Origin: Candidatus Nomurabacteria bacterium
GTDB lineage: Bacteria > Patescibacteriota > Minisyncoccia > Phycocordibacterales > UBA9973
Assembly: GCA_021413905.1 (NCBI GenBank)
Contig: JAIOPO010000001.1
Span: 73,159-137,158 of the forward strand
DNA: 64,000 nt
Direction of reading: 5' to 3'
Position numbers and translations under genes: made by a program. The notes below the pieces were generated by a model. It was not told the DNA's origin. It searched no databases and saw only the letters and a program-made list of their open reading frames with translations. Of this stretch, positions 8,783-16,653 are shown piece after piece. The first letter of the stretch is position 1, and each line of letters starts with the position of its first letter.

Positions 8783-10449
8783 CATAAAGCAGAAAAGCGG
8801 TTTTCAAAGCACTCAAACCCTTTTTTGCACTTATAATTCAACGTATTTTGAGAAACAGAAAGTTCTGAAAAGATAACTCTGATGATTTTTTCCTTTTCGT
8901 GTGGTTTTGCGAAATTGTAATATGGTATAACGTTTTTTATGAGTTCTGAAAGTTTTTGAACCTCCTTCATTGTTTCGTGCATAGCGATGTCAGAAATATC
9001 TTCGTCGCTCTTGAGTGCTGAAAGCTCTGCTTCAAGTTTTGTTTCTTCTTCGATGAGTGCTTCTGGTGAATACACGCCCGACTTCAAGAGTGAGAGTTTG
9101 TTTGAGCGTATGTATGCGAGATTTTCTCGAATGGTTTTTTTCTTTCGTTCGAGTTGGTCCAATCCTTTTTGTCGCTTTTCTTCGAGCAGGGCGATGTCTG
9201 TACCGACACGAGCGTCCATAAGCTCGATTTCTTCGTCGGTAAAATACAAACCGTTCATCAGTCCGCCGATTTTCTCATCAATAAACTTGAAATTGAAGTT
9301 CTTGAAAGTATTTTCGCATCCGTTCACGCATCGTGCATTGAAATACTGGATACCTTTCTTGGTGTATGGAGTATAGACACGTTCACAATGTACACAACGT
9401 ACAATGCCTCGAAGTGGTTGGTCGAGTTTTTCCGTATAGTGAACGCTGACTTTCTTCTTTTTGAGTACGGCTTGAACATCGCTAAAAAGCTCGTCGCTAA
9501 CGAGAGCCTCGTGGCTGTTGCTGTGAATATAGTTACCGTCAGGGTCGAGCGTTCTTCCAGTGTAGAAGCGATTTGTAAGTATTCTGCTGACGTGGTTTTC
9601 GGTTAGAGGTCTGGACGTTTTTTCAATTTCATCGAACTCGTCTTCTTCAGCCAGCATTTCTTCTTTTGTTCTTCGTCGTCTCATTGGAACAGTAACCAAA
9701 CCTTGCTCTTTGGCGAAGCGAGCCAAGTCAGAGAGGCTCCAATCTCCCGTAGCGTAGTATTCAAACATCTGCTTGATTATAGGAGCACGTACGGGGTCAA
9801 AAGGCTTATGTTCCATTTCGCCAAGGTTGAGATAGCCGATTGGGGCACGATAGGTACAAATGCCTTTTTCTCGTGAGTTTCGTATGGTGATAGTGACCTT
9901 CTCGCTCGTAACCCGTGAGTGATGCTGTGAGAACATACCGTCGATGTCCATATGCAGAGCACCCGAAGAAGTCTTGTCATATTTTGCATAGACAAAACGA
10001 AAATCAATGCCTTTACGCATTAGCTTTCTAACAAGCGTGTCGTCGCCTTTATTACGACTGATACGGTCCCAACAAAGACACACAACGCCTTTGAAATAGC
10101 CTTGGCTTACAAACTGAAGCATTTTTTGAAACTTGGGTCTGTCGATGCGGTATTGAACCAATCCATCATCGGTGATACTCACGTCATTGTCTTCCGTGAA
10201 GCCAGAGTGCTTTTCTGAAATGATACCGTCGGCACAGAAGCCCTTGATTGTGATTGGTGCGATTAAAAGTTTTTCTTTGTAGGCGTATCGAGTATTTTCA
10301 GTTTTTTGGTATGAAATTGAGTTCTTTTGATTGTCAGCTTCATCGGTGCTTTTTCTGCCGTATAGCAAATAGTGGTCACGGTATTTACCGCTGAGTATTT
10401 CGGCTATCAAATCTTTTTCGGTTTTTATACTCGACTTTTTCATATACAT
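8722..10449 (-). CDS. Large serine recombinase (integrase)
   Basis: YGRKSTD catalytic Ser motif, WDRISRN, recombinase domain (APIGY, ILTNRFYTG), Zn ribbon (CVHC...CVNGC), coiled coil; 3' end is antisense to tRNA-Glu. Confidence 0.93.
   Translation of the reverse strand: MYMKKSSIKTEKDLIAEILSGKYRDHYLLYGRKSTDEADNQKNSISYQKTENTRYAYKEKLLIAPITIKGFCADGIISEKHSGFTEDNDVSITDDGLVQYRIDRPKFQKMLQFVSQGYFKGVVCLCWDRISRNKGDDTLVRKLMRKGIDFRFVYAKYDKTSSGALHMDIDGMFSQHHSRVTSEKVTITIRNSREKGICTYRAPIGYLNLGEMEHKPFDPVRAPIIKQMFEYYATGDWSLSDLARFAKEQGLVTVPMRRRRTKEEMLAEEDEFDEIEKTSRPLTENHVSRILTNRFYTGRTLDPDGNYIHSNSHEALVSDELFSDVQAVLKKKKVSVHYTEKLDQPLRGIVRCVHCERVYTPYTKKGIQYFNARCVNGCENTFKNFNFKFIDEKIGGLMNGLYFTDEEIELMDARVGTDIALLEEKRQKGLDQLERKKKTIRENLAYIRSNKLSLLKSGVYSPEALIEEETKLEAELSALKSDEDISDIAMHETMKEVQKLSELIKNVIPYYNFAKPHEKEKIIRVIFSELSVSQNTLNYKCKKGFECFENRFSALCDPTENRTLITALKRRCPNR
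8775..8783 (+). repeat. attL core (tRNA-Glu 3' end)
   Basis: TAGGGTCAC, repeated at 22599. Confidence 0.85.
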
Positions 10450-10697
10450 TGTGGGATTTCCTTTTTACGGATAACACCATCCACGATTTCGTATCCTTCA
10501 GAAACCATACGTTTGTGAATACCTCGGAGTATGTCGCCAAGTTCTTCAAGTGCGTCGAGAGTATCCTTTGAGAGGACGGGGCTTGAGCTTAATGAGGGAC
10601 CACGTGATGATGCTTCGTTGCTACACAAAAGTCCACGTTGCCCCTCGTTAGGTTCAAACTCTGGAGCATCATATTGACCTGTGTGTAGCTCATTCAT
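10440..10697 (-). CDS. Small hypothetical protein coupled to recombinase
   Basis: 85 aa; overlaps the recombinase start by 10 nt. Confidence 0.65.
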   Translation of the reverse strand: MNELHTGQYDAPEFEPNEGQRGLLCSNEASSRGPSLSSSPVLSKDTLDALEELGDILRGIHKRMVSEGYEIVDGVIRKKEIPQCI

Positions 10698-10711
10698 AAT
10701 AACATTTCTTC

Positions 10712-11350
10712 TTATTTATTCCGACCTTTTGTTTGTGTGTTCAGTTTGTTTTCAGCAATTTTGAACATTTTGTAATTTGTAAAAACCTCCCCGTACATAC
10801 GCTCGATTTTTTTCTGCTTTTTTGTTGGCTCTCCTCGATATGTCTGTCTTTTTGCTTTTTGGCTGAGCTTCTCGATTTCATCGTAGAGTTCAATCGTATG
10901 AAGCAACGGGTAAAGGTGATATTTCTTGTTCACTTTGCGTGAGCTGTATGTGAGTTCGTAGCAATGACGGCATCCAAACCAGTCGCCATCCTTGTAAAGG
11001 ACCCCGACACGGCGACCGCAATACTGACCGTTCTTGCTTAGTGTGCATATAAACCAGTGTCGTGTACCACCAAAGTGGCACGGGCTTTCTACGATTGGGA
11101 CCTTGTAGTCAAAGTCCTTCTTTTCGCCCGTGGCGTTGTCAGTTTGGGTGTATATGAAGCGTGCGTATTTTTCGTCGTCCCAGATGGAGACTTGCACGGA
11201 GACGCTTCCTCTTGAGCCGTTCTCGCCCCAAGAGACAGTTGTGTGTTTATAACCCCCGTATTTTTTGATGTCACGGAGTAGCCACCATATTTCTATTTTC
11301 TTGCACCAGTCTGCTTCAGATTTGCTCATAGTTTTATACGCCGAAATCAA
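10712..11350 (-). CDS. Hypothetical Zn-finger protein of mobile elements
   Basis: CHFGGTRHWFIC...CGRRVGVLY...FGCRHCYELTYSS cysteine pattern. Confidence 0.75.
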   Translation of the reverse strand: MISAYKTMSKSEADWCKKIEIWWLLRDIKKYGGYKHTTVSWGENGSRGSVSVQVSIWDDEKYARFIYTQTDNATGEKKDFDYKVPIVESPCHFGGTRHWFICTLSKNGQYCGRRVGVLYKDGDWFGCRHCYELTYSSRKVNKKYHLYPLLHTIELYDEIEKLSQKAKRQTYRGEPTKKQKKIERMYGEVFTNYKMFKIAENKLNTQTKGRNK

Positions 11351-11391
11351 TAGGAAATCTCACTGTTATCTCCGATTTTCGGCACTTACTT

Positions 11392-11970
11392 TTACAGAAC
11401 GAACCCATTTTCGTTGTCTCCGTTTATATCGACATCAACGGCAATCGGGGGCGTTACCGCTTCGCCCTTTCGCACTGATTGCAGTCGCTGAAGCTCGTGC
11501 AGTGCCTTGTAAAGTCTGTTCTCAATCGCTATTTCATAGCGGAGATAGGTGGTGGAAAGTTTATCGACAGCCTCGTGACCAACGACTGGCGTATAGCCCT
11601 CGTTTTTGACAACGGTTTCCGTAAATGAAATCTCCATCATTGTGTCGTGAACCTCGACCAGTCTGGGGTTAAGAATTGATTGCATATACTCCTTTTCGGA
11701 TTTTGCTACTCTGTACAATTTCAGATAGTACACACCAATACGGTCCACGAGTATTTTTTCGAGTACGCCGACTGGTTGAAATTGAGCATTAAGACGGTCA
11801 GCAATGTCTTGTGAAAAGCTCTGCTCGTAATCCGTCACAGACTCCTTGAAAATACCGTGTTTGATTGCGTTGTATTTGCTCACAGCTTTTCCTTCGTCTG
11901 TTTTTACTCCGCCCTTTTTACCATTTTCACGGTTCGCTTCGAGCTGTTTTGGTGATATTTCTTGGTTCAT
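11392..11970 (-). CDS. Hypothetical protein with HGGxSTG-like N-terminus
   Basis: QLEANRENGKKGGVKTDEGKAVSKYNAIKHG resembles the 'STGPxTxEGKxxSxxNAxKHG' motif of phage/satellite proteins. Confidence 0.7.
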   Translation of the reverse strand: MNQEISPKQLEANRENGKKGGVKTDEGKAVSKYNAIKHGIFKESVTDYEQSFSQDIADRLNAQFQPVGVLEKILVDRIGVYYLKLYRVAKSEKEYMQSILNPRLVEVHDTMMEISFTETVVKNEGYTPVVGHEAVDKLSTTYLRYEIAIENRLYKALHELQRLQSVRKGEAVTPPIAVDVDINGDNENGFVL

Positions 11971-11990
11971 AATTTGTGTTTTACTTATTG

Positions 11991-13406
11991 TTAAAATGGG
12001 AGCTCGTCGGATGGATTACTGTCTGTATCGACTGCATCGTTCACAACGTTCACGTCGTTCACTTGCTCGCCACGGATGTCAGCATCGGTAATACCAAAAC
12101 GCTCCTTCCACATATCAAGTCGCTTTCTATTTTCCTTGAAAGAGAGCACAAAACCTTTTCGTGTCTTGTAAGGTTTGAGCTGTAATTTTGTGCGGAGATA
12201 CCATCCAACCTTGCGTGCCTGAAGCGTGTCGTCGCTCAAGTCGCTTTCTCTGTTCACTTCGTCCGTAATCTGTTTGACGGTGATTTCGCTGAGCCCTGTT
12301 TGGTGCTCAAGTTTGAGAATGGAGAAGACAATATCGCTTTCCCAAGAAAGCCCTCTGTCAGCCACGAGGTCTGTGTTATATCTGACGATAAATGACTTCA
12401 GGTGCTCTCTAATAGCCTCATCCTTGATGATTGAGAGCAGGGGTATGACAATCTGGTTCAAACGTGGATGGATGCCGTCAATGAGCTCCTCTCGGCGTTC
12501 AATCGGCTCGAAGTAATTTTTAAGTCTCCACATCAGGAGCTTATTTCGGATACGTTCTGCTTCTTTGTAGAAATCTTCGCCAAGAGTGCGTGGGATGTCA
12601 GCTCTCAATTTTCCAGCCCCCATTTCTTCAACAAGAAATCTGCTCTCCAATGCCTTGTCTGAGAACGTCTCACGTGTTGCCACAATTTTGGGACAGAAGA
12701 CATCGTATGCTTTGACCTCGAAAGTGCCTTTGCCCTCGGAGCGAAGAACGGGCATTCCTTTTTGGTATCCAGTGTTCAAAATCTTAACGATTTCAGATGT
12801 CATATCGGAAAACTTGAAGTCTGCCTCGTCGATGATGAGTGTCCCGTGCACTTCGTTTATGATGCGAAATATAGGGCTCGGCGTTGTCGCCCCTCCCGTA
12901 AATACGGGCTTGTAGCACAAGATACCGATTGCCTGTATAAAGCGAGATTTACCGCTTCCAAAGTCGCCAATAGCACGCAAGTACGGGACCTCGTTGAACT
13001 TATCGAACATCCACGTGAACAGCACGTAATAGGTAGCTATCTGCTCGAATACCTCAGATATGTCGAGATACTTGTGTATGAAGGCTTGGATTTCCTTCAG
13101 GATTTCTTCTTCGTTCTCGTATTCCGTAGCAAGAGATGGGAAAAGTATCACTCCTTTTTCTACAAGATTGTACGTTGATGGAAGTGGCTTGTATCTTTTA
13201 CCATCAAGTTGGACCTCGTCGAGGTCGCTTTCAATGGTCCCGTCTCGGCTTATTTTTACGAACGAACTTTTGTGTGCCGTGTCGTCGTATACCATTTCAT
13301 ACAATGCGTCTGGGGTAACGATGGAAGTTTTGAGAATTGGTTTCTCGTTTTCATTTTCATTTTTCATATGCGTGGCAGGATTATTTGTAATTCTTACGCA
13401 TACCAA
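11991..13406 (-). CDS. P-loop NTPase, primase/helicase-associated replication protein (likely start 13367)
   Basis: Walker A GDFGSGKS, Walker B LIIDEAD, ILNTGY...PKIVAT...ALESR; C-terminal wHTH-like region ending DELPF. Confidence 0.75.
   Translation of the reverse strand: MVCVRITNNPATHMKNENENEKPILKTSIVTPDALYEMVYDDTAHKSSFVKISRDGTIESDLDEVQLDGKRYKPLPSTYNLVEKGVILFPSLATEYENEEEILKEIQAFIHKYLDISEVFEQIATYYVLFTWMFDKFNEVPYLRAIGDFGSGKSRFIQAIGILCYKPVFTGGATTPSPIFRIINEVHGTLIIDEADFKFSDMTSEIVKILNTGYQKGMPVLRSEGKGTFEVKAYDVFCPKIVATRETFSDKALESRFLVEEMGAGKLRADIPRTLGEDFYKEAERIRNKLLMWRLKNYFEPIERREELIDGIHPRLNQIVIPLLSIIKDEAIREHLKSFIVRYNTDLVADRGLSWESDIVFSILKLEHQTGLSEITVKQITDEVNRESDLSDDTLQARKVGWYLRTKLQLKPYKTRKGFVLSFKENRKRLDMWKERFGITDADIRGEQVNDVNVVNDAVDTDSNPSDELPF
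12036..12062 (-). repeat. 3 x 9-bp tandem repeat GTGAACGNN (iteron-like)
   Basis: + strand ATCGTTCAC AACGTTCAC GTCGTTCAC at the 3' end of the replication gene. Confidence 0.75.
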
Positions 13407-13719
13407 AAATGCGAGACTTTAGGTTCTTGCGAGCGTTCGCAAAATCAAGAGGGCTGACCGTGATTTTGTTGGACCAGTATCCATCGACCACGGCTCCCAA
13501 TTCAGGACTGCTATTGAACACGAACAGCAATTTTCCGCCTCGCTCGGCATCAATCGTGACGAGGGGGTGTCCCTTGCAGATGAGTGTTACCGAAAGGTCG
13601 AAGTCGGTTGAATAAAAATAGTTTTTCCAATCATCGAGTGGAATGTACTGATAATCGCTACTGTCTTTCACTGGCACTGTATTGAACTTGTCGCTCTGGG
13701 TATGTTTATTCATACGCAT
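13381..13719 (-). CDS. DUF5659-like small protein
   Basis: FYSTDFDLSVTLICKGHPL...FVF...YWSNKITVSPLDFANARKNLKSRIF pattern recognised from memory. Confidence 0.7.
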   Translation of the reverse strand: MRMNKHTQSDKFNTVPVKDSSDYQYIPLDDWKNYFYSTDFDLSVTLICKGHPLVTIDAERGGKLLFVFNSSPELGAVVDGYWSNKITVSPLDFANARKNLKSRIFGMRKNYK

Positions 13720-13897
13720 ATATATTTATTCTTACTAATGCGAGGGTTTCGTGCCCTCAGGGTCAATTAGAATAAATCCTCTTTTTCAAGGGCAATGCGT
13801 TTCGAGGTAGAGGAAAAGAACAGCAAAAAAGCCTTATCAATAAAGGCTTAAAATGCTTTCCTCTTAATATGCGGACATTATTCCTCTTTCCTCCCGC

Positions 13898-16153
13898 TTA
13901 TTTTTTAGCTAATTTCAGAGAGACAACCTCATCTCTTTCATTAAAAACAAGACTAACCCTTACTTTCTTCTTTCGGAGTGTCTCTTGTAGTTCTTTGATG
14001 CGTGTACGCAAAATATCTTGCTTTTGGGCTGTGCTAAGTGACTCAGTTTTGAACTTAGAACGGTCCGAAGATGATGTGTTAAAAATGGCATTTATAGCTT
14101 TAGCTTGTCCTAGTGGACAGAGTGCTTCCAGTAGCTTGAAAGGAATGTTTTTTGCAGGACCCACTTCAATTTTTCCTCCATCCAAAAGGAAGTAGCCTGT
14201 TCCATTCTCAACAATCGTCTGGGGCGTTTTGACCGCAACGATTTTTGGCTTCTGTATTTGTGGCTTTGACTGGCTTGTTTCGGTTTTTTTGCCTTTATCA
14301 GAAAATATGCGATTATAGTTTCTCTCAACAACCTCATCGTTTGTACTGTTTTCTTTGGCTTTTTTTATCAGCTCTTTTGCTTTTTCGATGTCTCCTTCTT
14401 TTTCATAGATGATGGCAAGATTATTAAGTGCCGACGACGAGTTCGGGCGTGTCTCAAGATGTGCCTCATAGACTATCTTCGCATTCTTGTCGTCACCGCA
14501 TTCACGCAACGAGTATGCGAGTTCAAAAAGCCCTGTTTCTGACTTTCCGTAAACAAAGTTCTCTCCGATAGAAGCGAGGTTGTTTATATTTGGTTTGACG
14601 TACTCATAGAGACTTTTTACAGATTGAAACTTCTTTTTCTCATACAGAGCTTCAACGTCTTCGGCAAATTGATATTCGATATAATCTTCGACTGAAACGC
14701 CGTAATTATCCACAGCATCTTCCAATACGCTCGTGTATGTATCGAGAAATCCATCGGTGGCATCACTCATTTTTACTTGCAGAGAAAAGAATATCTGGCT
14801 ACTACTAACACCTTCGATTGCACGCAATTTGTATCGTAGGGAGTTATCGTAATCTTTTTTAAGATATAGTAGATTTGAATAGGTGGCATTAAACATCTTA
14901 TCGTCAGGATAATAATCCAACGCCTCCTTCAATGTACCCTCTGCCTCTTTGAGCGTTTTCTTTTCTGACACTGTCAGAGCTCGGACTGGCTTATCATCAT
15001 AAGGAGTTGGCAAAGTAGAAGCCTGTATGTACGCCAATAGTCCTTTTATTCTCGTCTTCAGCATTTCATCAACCTTAAGTTTCAAAATACTTTTGAGCGT
15101 TTTTTCAGCTAAGTCTGCGTAATCAAAATCCAGTGGATACTCAACCCTTAGTTCCTGATGGCATAATTTTGCACTTTCAATAATATCCTTTATTTCAGGG
15201 ATATTTTTCGTTTTTGCATAACAAGCTAAGAGATAATAGTAACTCGCTTGCGTATCGTCCGTGTCACGAATGGTAAGAGCAATAGCGTCTCTGAAATACT
15301 GTGTGGCTTTTTCGTAATCTCCTTTTTCAAAATAAAATCTTCCTTTAAGGAGACTGTCCGTCGATTTATTAAAAATGGTTGTGCCAAGTATTTTTTCTGC
15401 ACTCGGAAAGTCTTTTTGAGCAGTCAAAAGTTTTATCACTGTGACCTTCAAATGAGGGTATCCGTGGGTCCAGTTTTGTTTCGGTATTTTCGACACGGCT
15501 GTCTCAAAAAAAGCTCGTGCCTCTTTGAGCTTTCCTTTTTTAAGAAAGTCATTCACCACAAAATCAATGAAGTACTCATCTCCGTCTTTTGGAAATAATT
15601 TCAACGCCTTTTTGGCAATATCTATTTTTCTTATCTTGTCATTCTCGTGCCTAAATAATTCAGAAAAAAAATCAGACGAAACATCCTCACAACCAATTGC
15701 ATCATAGAGACGGTGTACGGCTATATCAGAGCTTTCAAAAAGATTATGTTTGGAAAGAAGCCAATACGGCAAAGCTGACCGTGGCTTTTTTTTGTCACTA
15801 AAATCAAAAAAACTACCAGTGTCATCCTTTATCGCCAAGTCGAGATATTCTTTAGCTTTTTCTCGGTATTTTTTATCTTCATCAATTAGGGTAATGTAGC
15901 ACCATCCAACGATTGTAGCTTCCTTCTTTGACAGTGTTACTTTTGAGACAATGATTTCTTTTTTGAACTCTTTTTTCTGATGGTCGGTAATTTTAAGATA
16001 GAGTTTTACTTGCTTTTCATCCTCTTCGATTTTTTCAACCTCGGCATCGTAATATGCGTTCTTTGCTTTTGAGGCAACATCAACCAGCCCAAAAGTTTGA
16101 GCTGTTTTGGCACCAAAACGTATGGTTTCTTTTCCGTCGAGAAATCTTCGCAT
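13898..16153 (-). CDS. TPR-repeat protein with C-terminal winged-helix-like domain
   Basis: TPR motifs (KGRFYFEKGDYEKATQYF, SALNNLAIIYEKEGDIEKAKELIKKA); linker, then FKLLEAL...ILRTRIKELQETL. Confidence 0.75.
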   Translation of the reverse strand: MRRFLDGKETIRFGAKTAQTFGLVDVASKAKNAYYDAEVEKIEEDEKQVKLYLKITDHQKKEFKKEIIVSKVTLSKKEATIVGWCYITLIDEDKKYREKAKEYLDLAIKDDTGSFFDFSDKKKPRSALPYWLLSKHNLFESSDIAVHRLYDAIGCEDVSSDFFSELFRHENDKIRKIDIAKKALKLFPKDGDEYFIDFVVNDFLKKGKLKEARAFFETAVSKIPKQNWTHGYPHLKVTVIKLLTAQKDFPSAEKILGTTIFNKSTDSLLKGRFYFEKGDYEKATQYFRDAIALTIRDTDDTQASYYYLLACYAKTKNIPEIKDIIESAKLCHQELRVEYPLDFDYADLAEKTLKSILKLKVDEMLKTRIKGLLAYIQASTLPTPYDDKPVRALTVSEKKTLKEAEGTLKEALDYYPDDKMFNATYSNLLYLKKDYDNSLRYKLRAIEGVSSSQIFFSLQVKMSDATDGFLDTYTSVLEDAVDNYGVSVEDYIEYQFAEDVEALYEKKKFQSVKSLYEYVKPNINNLASIGENFVYGKSETGLFELAYSLRECGDDKNAKIVYEAHLETRPNSSSALNNLAIIYEKEGDIEKAKELIKKAKENSTNDEVVERNYNRIFSDKGKKTETSQSKPQIQKPKIVAVKTPQTIVENGTGYFLLDGGKIEVGPAKNIPFKLLEALCPLGQAKAINAIFNTSSSDRSKFKTESLSTAQKQDILRTRIKELQETLRKKKVRVSLVFNERDEVVSLKLAKK

Positions 16154-16193
16154 ATTTATTTACATTTGCATTACCTAATTCACGTTGTAACCA

Positions 16194-16222
16194 TTGAGAA
16201 CGTTGTGAATGTCGTGTATAAT
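16194..16222 (+). promoter_or_regulatory. Sigma70 promoter for HTH/R-M operon
   Basis: TTGAGA-N17-TATAAT, overlapped by 9-bp GTGAAC-like repeats. Confidence 0.7.
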
Positions 16223-16233
16223 AATGGTAGCAA

Positions 16234-16452
16234 ATGTTAGGTATGAAATCAACGCATAAATCGCCGAAAAACAAAGAGGATTTACCTGAACTCTTAACTT
16301 TGGAAGAAGCCTCAGCTTATTTGAAGTGTCACCCGAACACGCTTCGACAATGGGACAAAAAAGGCATACTCGTCGCTCTCCGATTTGGAGCACGTCGAGA
16401 TAGAAAATATCGCAAGGATGCTATTATGAAAATGTTAGAACAAAAAATATGA
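16234..16452 (+). CDS. HTH_17/MerR-like excisionase-type DNA-binding protein
   Basis: LLTLEEASAYLKCHPNTLRQWDKKGIL...RFGARRDRKY. Confidence 0.88.
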   Translation: MLGMKSTHKSPKNKEDLPELLTLEEASAYLKCHPNTLRQWDKKGILVALRFGARRDRKYRKDAIMKMLEQKI

Positions 16453-16514
16453 AAACATAGATAATTATTACAATTTAATTTGCCTAACCCTCGTCAGAGG
16501 CACGGCACAAAACC

Positions 16515-16649
16515 CCCACCACAGTAAAGAACTCCTCGTTAGAGTCTTACCTGTGGTGGGTCGTATTGGGAAACTGGTACGGGTGGCGAAAGCCACCGAG
16601 CTTTAGCGGGGAGCTTTTTGTTCTCCGTAAGCATAAAAAACCCACCACA
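16515..16649 (+). ncRNA. Structured RNA leader upstream of methyltransferase
   Basis: Stems CCCACCACAG/CTGTGGTGGG, CGTATTGG-GAAA-CTGGTACG, GGTGGC-GAAA-GCCACC, CGGGGAGC...GTTCTCCG. Confidence 0.6.
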
Positions 16650-16653
16650 AATT

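Noticed and set aside
13741-13770. Short similarity (GCACGAAACCC versus GCACAAAACCC) between the 13381-ORF leader and 16505-16515
   Set aside because: Too short to support a shared antisense target without homologue data
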